Below, one piece after another: positions 41,711-51,856 of a DNA stretch of 64,000 bases. The position numbers and the translations under genes are program-made. The notes under the pieces were generated by a model. That model saw only the letters and a program-made list of their open reading frames with translations. It ran no database searches and was not told the origin of the DNA. Each line of letters opens with the position of its first letter. Within the stretch, counting starts at the first letter, position 1. Origin of the DNA: Fidelibacterota bacterium (GTDB taxonomy: Bacteria; Fidelibacterota; Fidelibacteria; Fidelibacterales; DSDE01); the NCBI GenBank assembly GCA_046735395.1, contig JBJKQR010000072.1, positions 1 through 64,000 on the forward strand, given 5' to 3'.

Positions 41711-42343
41711 ATGGAATTAGCAATTGTCATCATTCTCAGTTATCTGGCCGGATCCGTTCCCACATCCATTATTATGGGCAAGCTGCTGAAAGGCATCGAT
41801 ATCCGCGAACACGGCAGCGGAAATGCCGGGGGAACGAATGCCCTGCGGGTGCTGGGCTGGAAGGCCGGCGTGGTCACCATGCTTGTGGATGTATTCAAGG
41901 GATTTGCGGCAACCTTCTGGATTTCACGGCTTTATCCCGGCACACCGGCGTCTGTCATGCTGGCGGCTGGTATCGCAGCCATTCTGGGCCATACCTACAC
42001 TGTTTTTGCCGGCTTCAAAGGCGGGAAAGGTGTGGGCACCGCAGCGGGAATGCTCATCGCACTTTTTCCCGTGGCCATTCCCTTCTGCCTGGCCGTATTC
42101 ATTCTGACGCTGCTGTTCACAGGCATTGTGAGCCTCGGATCCATCCTGGCCGCCATTACACTTCCCATTGTAATGTCCGTCATGATGTTTGTCCTGGACC
42201 GGAACATTGATACGGGCCTGTATATTTTCAGTATCATTATTCCATTTTTTATCATGTTTACCCATCGGAGCAACATTAAACGGCTTCGGAGCGGAACAGA
42301 AAACCGTTTTGAAAAAGCGATGATTTTCCGGAAGAAATCATGA
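41711..42343 (+). CDS. plsY: Glycerol-3-phosphate acyltransferase PlsY
   Basis: GSGNAGGTN, FKGGKGV, HRSNIKRL. Confidence 0.95.
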   Translation: MELAIVIILSYLAGSVPTSIIMGKLLKGIDIREHGSGNAGGTNALRVLGWKAGVVTMLVDVFKGFAATFWISRLYPGTPASVMLAAGIAAILGHTYTVFAGFKGGKGVGTAAGMLIALFPVAIPFCLAVFILTLLFTGIVSLGSILAAITLPIVMSVMMFVLDRNIDTGLYIFSIIIPFFIMFTHRSNIKRLRSGTENRFEKAMIFRKKS

Positions 42344-42774
42344 TCCTTTCCGTCGCTGCGGGAATTCTGTCTCTGGATGATAAAATCCTGATCTGTCAGC
42401 GCAGTGCTGAGGACGGGAATCATCCGCTGAAGTGGGAATTTCCCGGGGGAAAACAGCTGGAGAATGAAAGCCCGGAGGATGCCCTGATCCGTGAGCTGAA
42501 CGAGGAGCTGGGTGTTCAGGTCATGGAGATGGAGGAGGTGATGAACTATGAAACGTCCTACCCGGGACGAACAGTTCATCTGCATTTTTTCCGGATCAGT
42601 GATTTTGTGGGACGTGCCAGAAATCATGTTTTTGAATCCATTCGCTGGGTCCGGCTGGAGCAGCTGAATGATTTCGATTTTCTCGAGGGTGACCGAAAAA
42701 TCGTTGGTGCCCTGACTGAGGGTAAGGTTCGACTGTCCAACCCCTGTCTGAATTGCGGATTGCTGAAATTGTAA
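42340..42774 (+). CDS. NUDIX hydrolase, MutT-like
   Basis: WEFPGGK...RELNEELG Nudix box. Confidence 0.88.
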   Translation: MILSVAAGILSLDDKILICQRSAEDGNHPLKWEFPGGKQLENESPEDALIRELNEELGVQVMEMEEVMNYETSYPGRTVHLHFFRISDFVGRARNHVFESIRWVRLEQLNDFDFLEGDRKIVGALTEGKVRLSNPCLNCGLLKL

Positions 42775-42938
42775 GTCCGGCCCTTTCCTGATTCACTTCA
42801 GCAGCCCGCATTATCTGAAAATTTTACGTTTTTTATCATCCTTTTTGTCACTCTGTGACCTGAATAACATCACGGATCAAATTAATTTTGTATCTTATTC
42901 ACAGAATTTGTCACAAAGGACATACAAGGAAAAATTGG

Positions 42939-43505
42939 ATGATAACATTCATTACACGGCCGGAAAAGCTGAACGCACAGGCGGAAGCGCTTTCACCGGA
43001 AATACTGTTCCAGATTATCGGCGACATCCGCGGGAAAATTATCGGGGATATCGGTTCGGGCGGAGGCTATTTTGCCATGGAATTTGCCCGGCGCATCGGT
43101 CCGCTCGGCTTTGTCCATGCCATTGATGTAAATGCTCGGAATCTGAAGCATATCGACAAGCTCATATCCCGCTATGAAATCAGCAATATGGATACACTGC
43201 TGTCACCGGTGGACAGTATCCCCCTTGCCAGGGATTCGGTGGATATGTTCTTCAACCGGAACGCTTTTCATCACATCCGCGAGCCGGAAGGATATTTCCG
43301 GAAACTGCTGCCGGTGCTGAAACCGGGTGGCCGGATTGTCATTATTGACTACAAGCCCGGACGCTTCAGTTTACGGCAGCTTCTCAGACACTGGTCCGCA
43401 CCGGAGACGATTGTGGAAATGATGAAAAATGCCGGGTATGATCATGTCAGTACGCATAACGTCTACAACGATCAGAGTTTTAATATTTTCCGCAAACCGG
43501 CCTGA
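42939..43505 (+). CDS. Class I SAM-dependent methyltransferase
   Basis: DIGSGGG, FHHI, LKPGG; start at MITFIT. Confidence 0.82.
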   Translation: MITFITRPEKLNAQAEALSPEILFQIIGDIRGKIIGDIGSGGGYFAMEFARRIGPLGFVHAIDVNARNLKHIDKLISRYEISNMDTLLSPVDSIPLARDSVDMFFNRNAFHHIREPEGYFRKLLPVLKPGGRIVIIDYKPGRFSLRQLLRHWSAPETIVEMMKNAGYDHVSTHNVYNDQSFNIFRKPA

Positions 43506-43626
43506 TCCGGACGCGGTTGCCCGCTCACAGACCTGATATTTTAATATTTTCAATGCCGGAAAAGGCTTGCGCCGTATTGCGCTTCCTCATAACTTTGACC
43601 CGAAAACATAGCTGGAGAACAGAACC

Positions 43627-44532
43627 GTGATATATGAAGATATACTGCAGACCATCGGGGACACACCCATCGTGCGGATCAATCATTTGAACCCCAATCC
43701 CGGAGTGCAGATCTGCGCCAAGATCGAGGGCTTCAACCCGACCGGAAGCATCAAGGACCGCATCGCCATAAAAATGGTTCGTCAGGCCATTGTCAGCGGT
43801 GAGCTGACGCCGGACAAGACCATTATCGAAGCCACTTCAGGGAATACGGGTATCGGCCTGGCCATGATCGGCGCCGTGATGGGTTTCAATGTGGAAATCG
43901 TCATGAGCGAGAGAGTGAGCATCGAGCGGCGCAAAATGATTCAGGCTTTCGGCGCAAAGATCATTCTGACCTCCGCTGCGGAAGGAACGGATGCGGCGAT
44001 TTTTCGTGCCCGTGAACTGGTCCGGGACAATCCCGATAAATATTTCAATCCGGATCAGTTCCGGAATACCTACAATAAACTCGCCCATTACAAGACGACG
44101 GCTGAAGAGATCTATAAGCAGATGAATGGTAAAATTGATTATTTCGTCTCATCCATCGGTACCAGCGGCACGATCATGGGTGTGGGAAAAGCGCTGAAGG
44201 AGCATGATCCGGCTATCCAGATCGTGGAAGCCCATCCCGTGAAGGGCCACTATATTCAGGGACTGAAGAATATGGAAGAGGCCGTTGTTCCCGCCATTTA
44301 CGATCCGAAGGAAATTGACCGGACCATCATGGTGGAAACAGAGGAAGCCTGGGCAATGGCCCGGGAAATTGTCCGCAGGGAGGGCATATTCGTCGGAATG
44401 AGTTCAGGCGCAGCCATGGCTGCCGCTCTGAAGCTGGCCGCAGATATTGACCGGGGAAATATTGTTGTAATTTTTCCGGACCGGGGTGAAAAATACCTGA
44501 GCACAAAACTCTTCGATGCCGCTGTTGATTAG
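43627..44532 (+). CDS. Cysteine synthase family protein (CysK/CysM)
   Basis: NPTGSIKDR, TSGNTG, GTSGT, GMSSGA, PDRGEKYLS. Confidence 0.92.
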   Translation: MIYEDILQTIGDTPIVRINHLNPNPGVQICAKIEGFNPTGSIKDRIAIKMVRQAIVSGELTPDKTIIEATSGNTGIGLAMIGAVMGFNVEIVMSERVSIERRKMIQAFGAKIILTSAAEGTDAAIFRARELVRDNPDKYFNPDQFRNTYNKLAHYKTTAEEIYKQMNGKIDYFVSSIGTSGTIMGVGKALKEHDPAIQIVEAHPVKGHYIQGLKNMEEAVVPAIYDPKEIDRTIMVETEEAWAMAREIVRREGIFVGMSSGAAMAAALKLAADIDRGNIVVIFPDRGEKYLSTKLFDAAVD

Positions 44533-44712
44533 AAAAATCCTTCTATAATCAGCACTTCTCAAATAGTCACTCAAAAATTACCGAAAAAATACAATTTTTT
44601 ACTTGATTCCCTCCCCGGAATAAGAATAATTTCCTGTACAGACATGAAAAGACGACCATCAATCAAGACAGACAAATATTAGTATCATGAGAGACAAGGC
44701 AGGAAGGGGAAA

Positions 44713-47268
44713 ATGAAACATTTCAAGCGTATTACCGTACAGAGTTTTTTTCCGGAGGAACTGAAGCAGCTGCAGGATTTCAGCTATAATCTGTGGTGGA
44801 GCTGGCGTCCCCGGGCGCATAAACTGTTTCAGGAACTTGACGAGGAATTATGGTATGAAGTCGAGCATAACCCCCTGAAAATGTTCAAATACATCAGCCA
44901 GTCCCAGCTCAATGACAAGAATAATGATCCGGAATTCAATTCGCTGCTCACACAGGTTATGGAGGAATTCAAGGAATATATGAACCGGGAAGATACCTGG
45001 TTTCATAAGAATTATCCGGATAAACAGGATTTTATGGTGGCGTATTTTTCAGCCGAATTCGGGATTCACGAGACGGTTCCGGTATATTCGGGAGGCCTGG
45101 GTGTCCTGGCCGGAGACCACTGCAAATCCGCTTCAGATCTGGGTGTACCGCTGATCGGCATCGGGATGATGTACAAGCAGGGCTACTTTATTCAGCGTCT
45201 GGATGCGGAAGGGCGGCAGGAAAATATCTATCCCATTTACGATTTCGGTGAGATTCCCATTACCCTGGTGAAAAATGACGATGATCTGCCGGTGAAGGTT
45301 AATATCAGCCTGCCGGGACGGCGTGTTTATGCCCAGGTCTGGCAGATGAGCGCCGGCCGGACAAATATCTATCTGCTGGACACCGATATTCAGGAAAACC
45401 TGCCCGAAGACCGTATCCTCACATCCCAGCTCTACGGCGGTGATCATGAGATGCGCATTACCCAGGAGCTGCTTCTTGGCATCGGCGGTGTTCGCGCCAT
45501 CCGCGCCCTCGGTTATAAGCCGTCAGTCTGGCATATGAATGAAGGACACAGCGCCTTCATGGTGCTGGAGCGGATTAAGGAATTCATTGACGAGGGCTAC
45601 AGCTTCGACATTGCCCGGGAACTGGTCAGCTCGTCCTCCATCTTTACTACCCATACCCCGGTGGCTGCCGGACATGATGCCTTTGATGAAGACCTGATGC
45701 AGAAATATTTTGAGGAATGCTATCATAAGTACGCTCTGGAATGGAAGAATTTTTTCAATCTGGGCAAGGATATCGACGGAAATTTCAGCATGACCATTCT
45801 GGCCATGACCATGGCGAAGAATATCAACGGCGTGAGCCGGCTCCATGGCCAGGTGAGCCGGGAAATGTGGAAGGATGTGTGGAAGGATATTCCCACGGAT
45901 GAAATTCCCATCACCGCCATCACCAATGGTGTCCATACCGAGACCTGGATGAGCCGTGAATTCCGGAACCTCTACGACGAATATATGGATGAGGACTGGC
46001 TGGACCGCATAGACGACACGGACATGTGGGAAGGCATTGACGTCATTCCGGCTAAGCGGCTCTGGGAAACGCATCAGCACCGCAAACAGCGGCTGGCCGA
46101 TACGGTGCGGGCCCGACTGGAAGAGCGGAATCACCGGAACGGCATCGCGCCCCATATCACTGAAGCCATGTGCAAACATCTTTCGCCGGATGCGCTCTTC
46201 ATCGGATTTGCCCGCCGTTTCGCTACCTACAAGCGTGCCACGCTGATCTTTCATGATCTGGAACGGCTGAAAAAAATCCTGGGCAATGCGAATCAGCCCG
46301 TGGTCCTGTTCTTTGCCGGCAAGGCCCATCCTGCCGATCGCCCCGGTCAGGAATTCATCAAGGAAATCTACAAGCTCAGCTATTCGGAAGATTTTATCGG
46401 CAAGGTCATTCTCCTGGAAAATTACAATATGAGCCTGGCGCGTTATCTTGTGTCCGGTGTGGATATCTGGCTGAATAATCCGAGACGTCCCCGGGAAGCG
46501 AGCGGAACCAGCGGGGAAAAGGTGCCCATTAACGGCGGCATCAATTTTTCCGTTCTCGACGGCTGGTGGGTGGAAGGCTACAACAAACGGAACGGCTGGA
46601 CCATCGGTGAATCAAAGGATTATGCAAATCTGGAAATTCAGGACAATGAAGACAGCGCCTCCCTGTATTACACCATGGAAAAAATGATTCTGCCCGAGTA
46701 TTATGACCGGAATGAGGAAAATATTCCCGAAGCCTGGATTCAGCGGATGAAGGAAAGCATCAAGTCCGTTCTGCCCGTCTATTCCACGGCCCGGATGGTC
46801 AAGGATTATGTCAATAAGCTGTATATTCCGACGTTTACCTACAATCAGAAAATGACCTCCTCAAACAACCGCAGCGCCATTGATCTGGTTCACTGGAAGC
46901 AGCGCATCGAAAAGTCCTGGGATCGGGTGTGGGTCACGGAAATGACGCCTGTCGACGAATTCATCAACGATGTCGTCCTCAACCTGAAGGCTGAAATTCA
47001 GCTGGATAAACTTAAGCCCGAAGATGTAAAGGTCGAAGTCTATGTCATCAGGGACGGCCCCAACGGCCACGGCCCGGTCGCTCTTCAGGAACTGGCCATG
47101 CACAGCACGAAAACCAAGGATCGCTTTATATACAGCGGAACCGTGGAACTGCCCAAGGCCGGATCCTATCAGTATGGCATCCGTGTTCGTCCCTATAATC
47201 CCGACCTCATGAAACCCTTCGAAAGCCGCCTTATTCGCTGGATGGAAATCGAAGATATGATGGGATAG
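44713..47268 (+). CDS. glgP: Alpha-glucan phosphorylase
   Basis: YSGGLGVLAGD, HMNEGH, FARRFATYKR, EASGTSGEK. Confidence 0.95.
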   Translation: MKHFKRITVQSFFPEELKQLQDFSYNLWWSWRPRAHKLFQELDEELWYEVEHNPLKMFKYISQSQLNDKNNDPEFNSLLTQVMEEFKEYMNREDTWFHKNYPDKQDFMVAYFSAEFGIHETVPVYSGGLGVLAGDHCKSASDLGVPLIGIGMMYKQGYFIQRLDAEGRQENIYPIYDFGEIPITLVKNDDDLPVKVNISLPGRRVYAQVWQMSAGRTNIYLLDTDIQENLPEDRILTSQLYGGDHEMRITQELLLGIGGVRAIRALGYKPSVWHMNEGHSAFMVLERIKEFIDEGYSFDIARELVSSSSIFTTHTPVAAGHDAFDEDLMQKYFEECYHKYALEWKNFFNLGKDIDGNFSMTILAMTMAKNINGVSRLHGQVSREMWKDVWKDIPTDEIPITAITNGVHTETWMSREFRNLYDEYMDEDWLDRIDDTDMWEGIDVIPAKRLWETHQHRKQRLADTVRARLEERNHRNGIAPHITEAMCKHLSPDALFIGFARRFATYKRATLIFHDLERLKKILGNANQPVVLFFAGKAHPADRPGQEFIKEIYKLSYSEDFIGKVILLENYNMSLARYLVSGVDIWLNNPRRPREASGTSGEKVPINGGINFSVLDGWWVEGYNKRNGWTIGESKDYANLEIQDNEDSASLYYTMEKMILPEYYDRNEENIPEAWIQRMKESIKSVLPVYSTARMVKDYVNKLYIPTFTYNQKMTSSNNRSAIDLVHWKQRIEKSWDRVWVTEMTPVDEFINDVVLNLKAEIQLDKLKPEDVKVEVYVIRDGPNGHGPVALQELAMHSTKTKDRFIYSGTVELPKAGSYQYGIRVRPYNPDLMKPFESRLIRWMEIEDMMG

Positions 47269-47408
47269 CCAGGTCGCCCGATTCATTTTAAGCTTCATAA
47301 CGATATCATATACCTGAATATTCAGCTTCGACCGCTGACAGCCGGACGCGGTTCTGGTACGAAATCATGATATGGACAGGATATTATGAACCCGGTGCAG
47401 AAAGGCTT

Positions 47409-49193
47409 TTACATCGATATATCCAGAACTTCCCGGATTTTTTCAGACAGGTCCCGGAAGCGGAAAGGTTTTGATATGAAGTGACAGTCCTCATCGTGGC
47501 AATGCTGCACTTTCAGGATTTCTGTGGAATATCCGCTGATGAAAATATATTTGATACGGGCGTTATGAACCTTGATTTTTTCGACCAGTTCCAGGCCGGT
47601 CATTTCCGGCATGATGAGGTCTGAGATGATCAGGTCAAATTCACCCATATTCTCTTCATAGGCCGCAAGAGCCTGGGAGGGAAGAGTGGCCTGCACGACC
47701 TTGTATCCCTGTTTTTCCAGCAGGAAGGAATTCGTTTTCAGAATGGCCTCCTCGTCCTCCACAAACAGTATCCGCTCAGATCCGGCCGGCGCTGTTTTCG
47801 AATCCGTTTCGGCAGGCGCTGAATCCGTTTCCTGGTCCGGACTGCAGGGAAGATAAATTTTGAATATGCTGCCGTTCCCGGGTTCGCTGTAAGCATAAAT
47901 TGCGCCGTTATTCTGCTTTACGATTCCGTAAACGGTCGCGAGTCCCAGGCCTGTTCCCTTGCCCACCTCCTTGGTGGTGTAAAAGGGTTCAAAAATTTTC
48001 TGCAGGGTTTCCCGGGACATCCCGCAGCCGCTGTCATAAACCTGTATCATGATATAATTGCCGGGCAGAACATCCATGGCCTTAAAATTATCTTCCTCCT
48101 CATCCAGAGTAATTCCTGATGTGGAAATATCAATCGTTCCCGTTTCCCCGATGGCGTCTCTGGCGTTCACAACCAGATTTGTAATAATCTGTTCCAGCTG
48201 GGACGGATCCATGAAAACGGTGGCGTCCAGCACTTCCGGTTTCCACAGCAGTCTGATGTTTTCACCGATGACACGCCGCAGCATCCGCAGAATCTGGGAA
48301 ATTTCGTGATTGATATCGAGATTTCCACGCGTGACGCTCTGTTTACGGGCATAGCCCAGAAGCTGTTTGGCCAGATTTGCAGAGCGACTGGCGATGCGAT
48401 CGATTTCCTTCAGATTTTCCAGGGCTTCCTCATCATCGATCAGGGACGCGGTGATTTCCGTATATCCCAGTATGCCCTGAAGCATATTATTAAAATCGTG
48501 GGCAACACCTCCGGCCAGCCTGCCGACCGATTCCATTTTCTGAGCCTGATACAGCTGTTTCAGGATCTCCTCCCGCTCCTTTTCACTCTTCCGGCGGTTC
48601 TCCAGCTCGCTTTCCAGTGAATTGAAAAGGCGCGTATTTTCAATGGCGATGGCAGCCTGTTTGCCGAGCATCTCACAATACCCGTTCTGAACATCCGAGA
48701 TCACCTGATTCTTTTTCGTGGAGGAAACGATGAAGGTACCGATGCAGCCCCGCCGGCCGATGAGCGGGAAATAGACAATCGTGTTCAGATTCCTGTTCTC
48801 TGCCACGATCCGTTCTGCTTCGGTAAAGTCTTCCACTTCGGCATCGGGAACCACAACGGTTGTTTTTTCATCAATGACGCGCTTGATATGCAGGTGATCC
48901 TTCAGGTCCGCTGAGCGCAGATCGACGGGCAGATCGGGAGGCAGGGGAGGCGTGGTGGCTTCCAGAATAATCCGGTCCCCATAGCGGATATAGACCGCGG
49001 CTGTACCGAAACCGATGATCTGTTCGGATACATCGGACAGACTCTGCAGGATCAGAGAAAGGTCCTTTGAGGAGGCAAGGAGCCGTGCCGTGTCCACCAT
49101 CAGGCTTAAATACTCCGTATTTTTCTGCAGCCGGGAAATTTCCTGCTGCATTTCCATATTGGATTTCTGAAGCGTGTCCCTGTCGTTCACCAT
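47409..49193 (-). CDS. Hybrid sensor histidine kinase (GAF-HisKA-HATPase-REC)
   Basis: GGVAHDFNN, NARDA, GTGLGL, VEDE..SDLIMP..KP. Confidence 0.92.
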   Translation of the reverse strand: MVNDRDTLQKSNMEMQQEISRLQKNTEYLSLMVDTARLLASSKDLSLILQSLSDVSEQIIGFGTAAVYIRYGDRIILEATTPPLPPDLPVDLRSADLKDHLHIKRVIDEKTTVVVPDAEVEDFTEAERIVAENRNLNTIVYFPLIGRRGCIGTFIVSSTKKNQVISDVQNGYCEMLGKQAAIAIENTRLFNSLESELENRRKSEKEREEILKQLYQAQKMESVGRLAGGVAHDFNNMLQGILGYTEITASLIDDEEALENLKEIDRIASRSANLAKQLLGYARKQSVTRGNLDINHEISQILRMLRRVIGENIRLLWKPEVLDATVFMDPSQLEQIITNLVVNARDAIGETGTIDISTSGITLDEEEDNFKAMDVLPGNYIMIQVYDSGCGMSRETLQKIFEPFYTTKEVGKGTGLGLATVYGIVKQNNGAIYAYSEPGNGSIFKIYLPCSPDQETDSAPAETDSKTAPAGSERILFVEDEEAILKTNSFLLEKQGYKVVQATLPSQALAAYEENMGEFDLIISDLIMPEMTGLELVEKIKVHNARIKYIFISGYSTEILKVQHCHDEDCHFISKPFRFRDLSEKIREVLDISM

Positions 49194-49330
49194 GTTTCCC
49201 CAAGATTTCGAATATGTGATTTATGCTGAAAAATAGGTCCGGCCATCCTGATTTTCCTAAAGATAGTATATGTCATTGGCAATATAAAGAAAATTGTTGA
49301 ATGGAGAACTGACGCGGCAGGCCCGTCGCC

Positions 49331-50070
49331 AGTAGCCCGTCTTCGTTTCGCTTCGCTCAGCTACGACGCGGCAGGCGAGTAGCGAGTATCGAGTCGGGAT
49401 GAAAGGTGAAACTTTGGCTGGAACGAAGCCGACGGTGGCTGAGTGGTATCATTCGGTGACTGAGTGGTATCACCCGGTGACTGAGTGGTATCACCCGGTG
49501 GCTGAGCGGTATCACACGGTGGCTGAGCGGAGCCGAAGCCTATGTCATTGCGGACCTGATCCGCAATCTGGTTTACGAGTTGCGAGACAAGCCGATAAAA
49601 TCAAGACATGAGTGACAGTTTACTGCCCTTTAAAACGGGTACAGACGTTGCATGCAACGTCTCTACCGAAATTCTATAGACGCGGTGAATTTTGTTTCTT
49701 CCTCGACCTCGACCTTAACCTTCCTTCGCGATCTTTGCGAGAAATTTTCTTTCGCATCAACCCGCCAACCCGCAAACTTGCCAACGCTTCATCAATATTA
49801 ATCCCCTCTTTCTTTTTCTGCTTGATCAGAAAAAGAAACAAAAAGAATCAGGAGCTGAAGAAAAACAGGGACAGGGCCTCCGTTCCGCCTGAATCTCTCA
49901 ATGCCTGCAAAACCAGGCTGAATAGATTCTTAACGGCTGCACTACGACCCTGTTTTAATTCATAAACGCTTCTGCTCTAAAATCCTGTTTTTCTTATGCT
50001 CCAAAACAAAGAGGAGTTTCAAAATTTGCGTCCCGTCTATCATTGCGGACCTGATCCGCAATCTGGTTTA
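49331..50070. repeat. Second mosaic repeat region (shares blocks with 36.9-38.2 kb and 61.25-61.41 kb)
   Basis: 49331-49586 ~ 37071-37284; 49631-49705 ~ 36955-37029; 49783-50007 ~ 37519-37743. Confidence 0.9.
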
Positions 50071-50209
50071 CGAGTCGCGGGGATGCCGGATTACGGCAGC
50101 ATCCCCCTTGATATCTGCGTCGCGTTGTTCCCGCGAGTTCATCAGGTTGAAATACCACTTGCGGATGATTCTGTAAAATGCTACAATTACTACAGGAGAA
50201 GTCGAGAAT

Positions 50210-50611
50210 ATGAAATTATCGGTAAAAAGTGAATATGCGATCCTGGCTCTCATTGATTTGGCTGAGCGGGAGGGAGGAGAGCTGCAGAAGATTGAGGAAA
50301 CGGCGCAGCGTAAATCCATTCCAAAAAAGTATCTGGAACAGATACTGCTGATCCTCAAGCGGAGCGGTTACGTGAAAAGCAGGCGTGGCCCTGATGGCGG
50401 GTATCGCCTCGGACGGAGCGCGGATAAGATCAACCTGGCGGAAATCATCCGGCTCATGGATGGTGCCCTGGCACCGGTGGAATCGGTATCCGTCTATTTT
50501 TATGAAGCAACTCCCATTGAACAGAATTCCCGACTGGTGGGGGTTTTCCGCGAAATCCGTGATTTTATTGCGGAAAAAATGGAAAATACCATGATTGCTG
50601 ATTTGTTATAA
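50210..50611 (+). CDS. Rrf2-family transcriptional regulator (CymR-like, no Fe-S cysteines)
   Basis: YLEQIL..LK..G.VKSRRGPDGGY. Confidence 0.88.
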   Translation: MKLSVKSEYAILALIDLAEREGGELQKIEETAQRKSIPKKYLEQILLILKRSGYVKSRRGPDGGYRLGRSADKINLAEIIRLMDGALAPVESVSVYFYEATPIEQNSRLVGVFREIRDFIAEKMENTMIADLL

Positions 50612-50677
50612 AAAATTTTAACCATAAAGACGACAAAATAGATAGAGAATATATACATAATGAAAATGAGGTGAAAT

Positions 50678-51517
50678 ATGACTGAATTAGCCTGGCAAAT
50701 CGGTATTCTGATTGTCATTGTGGCCTTTATGGCGGAGTTTGTGGATTCATCACTGGGAATGGGCTATGGAACGACCCTGACGCCGGTCCTCCTGATTGCC
50801 GGGTTTGAACCTCTTCAGGTTGTTCCGGCTATTCTCTTATCGGAACTGGTGACAGGGCTGCTTGCGGGCTTCACGCACCATGCGCTGGGGAATGCGGATT
50901 TTCGGCCGAGAACGATGAGTCTGTGGCGTATATGGAGTGCTTTTCATGAGATGGGTATCGTGAATTCGTGGCGCAGAGGGCTGCCGATGAATCTCAAAGT
51001 GGCTTTGCTTATTGCCAGCTGCAGTATATTGGGAACTGTTGCGGCCGTACTGATAGCCGTCAATCTGCCCAGGTTCTATATCAAACTTTATATCGGGATT
51101 CTGGTTTTCAGCGTCGGGATGGCCGTGCTGCTCACGCTGAACAGGCAATATGCCTTTTCCTGGCGAAAGGTTATGGGCCTGGGGCTTCTGGCTTCCTTCA
51201 ACAAGGGGATGAGCGGCGGCGGATACGGTCCGGTGGTCACCAGTGGCCAGCTGCTCTCCGGCGTGAATGGAAAGAACGCGGTGGCAATCACCTCACTGGC
51301 AGAGGGCCTGACCTGCCTGGTCGGCGTGCTGATATATGGAGTGACCCGGTCTGCCGTGGACTGGAGTCTGGCACCCTGGCTGACCGGAGGAGCGGTTTTG
51401 TCTGTGCTGCCCTCAGCCTGGTTCGTCCGCAGAATTCATCCCCGACGCTTCACAATTATCATTGCTATCGTAACTCTGATACTCGGTGCCGCAATGCTTG
51501 TGCAGACTCTGTTCTGA
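50678..51517 (+). CDS. TauE/SafE (TSUP) family transporter
   Basis: DSSLGMGYG, GGGYGP, about 8 TM segments. Confidence 0.85.
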   Translation: MTELAWQIGILIVIVAFMAEFVDSSLGMGYGTTLTPVLLIAGFEPLQVVPAILLSELVTGLLAGFTHHALGNADFRPRTMSLWRIWSAFHEMGIVNSWRRGLPMNLKVALLIASCSILGTVAAVLIAVNLPRFYIKLYIGILVFSVGMAVLLTLNRQYAFSWRKVMGLGLLASFNKGMSGGGYGPVVTSGQLLSGVNGKNAVAITSLAEGLTCLVGVLIYGVTRSAVDWSLAPWLTGGAVLSVLPSAWFVRRIHPRRFTIIIAIVTLILGAAMLVQTLF

Positions 51518-51601
51518 TATGGGCCTGAACACTCTTCCAGACAGGCTTTGCAGAAGATATTCAGACTTTGAATTATCCCCTGATTATATTACATTCGCTG
51601 C

Positions 51602-51743
51602 ATACGGCAAAACCCGTATTCAGAGCTGATTCGTAGCGGGAAAGGTCCCGCGCCGGATCTGAATTTCAAGTTGCCGTAGGCCTTACTGAGCGATCCCGCA
51701 ATGGGACTCAGTGGGGCGGAGCCCCGCCTGACCGAAGGTTGGG
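51602..51743 (+). promoter_or_regulatory. Structured leader upstream of the cys/polysaccharide operon (candidate antitermination element)
   Basis: TACGGCAA/TTGCCGTA, ATTCAGA/TCTGAAT, GCGGGA/TCCCGC, ACTGAG..TCCC/GGGA..CTCAGT stems, then GGGGCGGAGC. Confidence 0.45.
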
Positions 51744-51855
51744 AGGATAAAAGGACAAGGCGCAAGCGACAAGCAATAAGGGGCAAGTTACAAGGAGAAA
51801 GACGAAAGGGACAAGCAATAAGGCGCAAGCTACAAGACGAAAGGGACAAGGGAAG
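51744..51855 (+). repeat. Heptamer array (AGnnnnA), about 15 units; left arm of four-helix-bundle cassette 1
   Basis: AGGCGCA AGCGACA AGCAATA AGGGGCA AGTTACA AGGAGAA AGACGAA AGGGACA... Confidence 0.9.
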
Positions 51856-51856
51856 A

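Noticed and set aside
49433..49540. CRISPR array
   Set aside because: The 21-bp units are contiguous with no unique spacers, and no cas genes are in the window.
51602..51680. c-di-GMP-I or SAM riboswitch
   Set aside because: GGCAAA and GTTGCC are present but the GNRA loop/receptor and GACGCAAA core are not; no SAM-I core seen.
51701..51856. 52-aa N-terminal extension of the four-helix-bundle ORF
   Set aside because: It is read-through of the heptamer array; the family-like sequence starts at ATG 51857.
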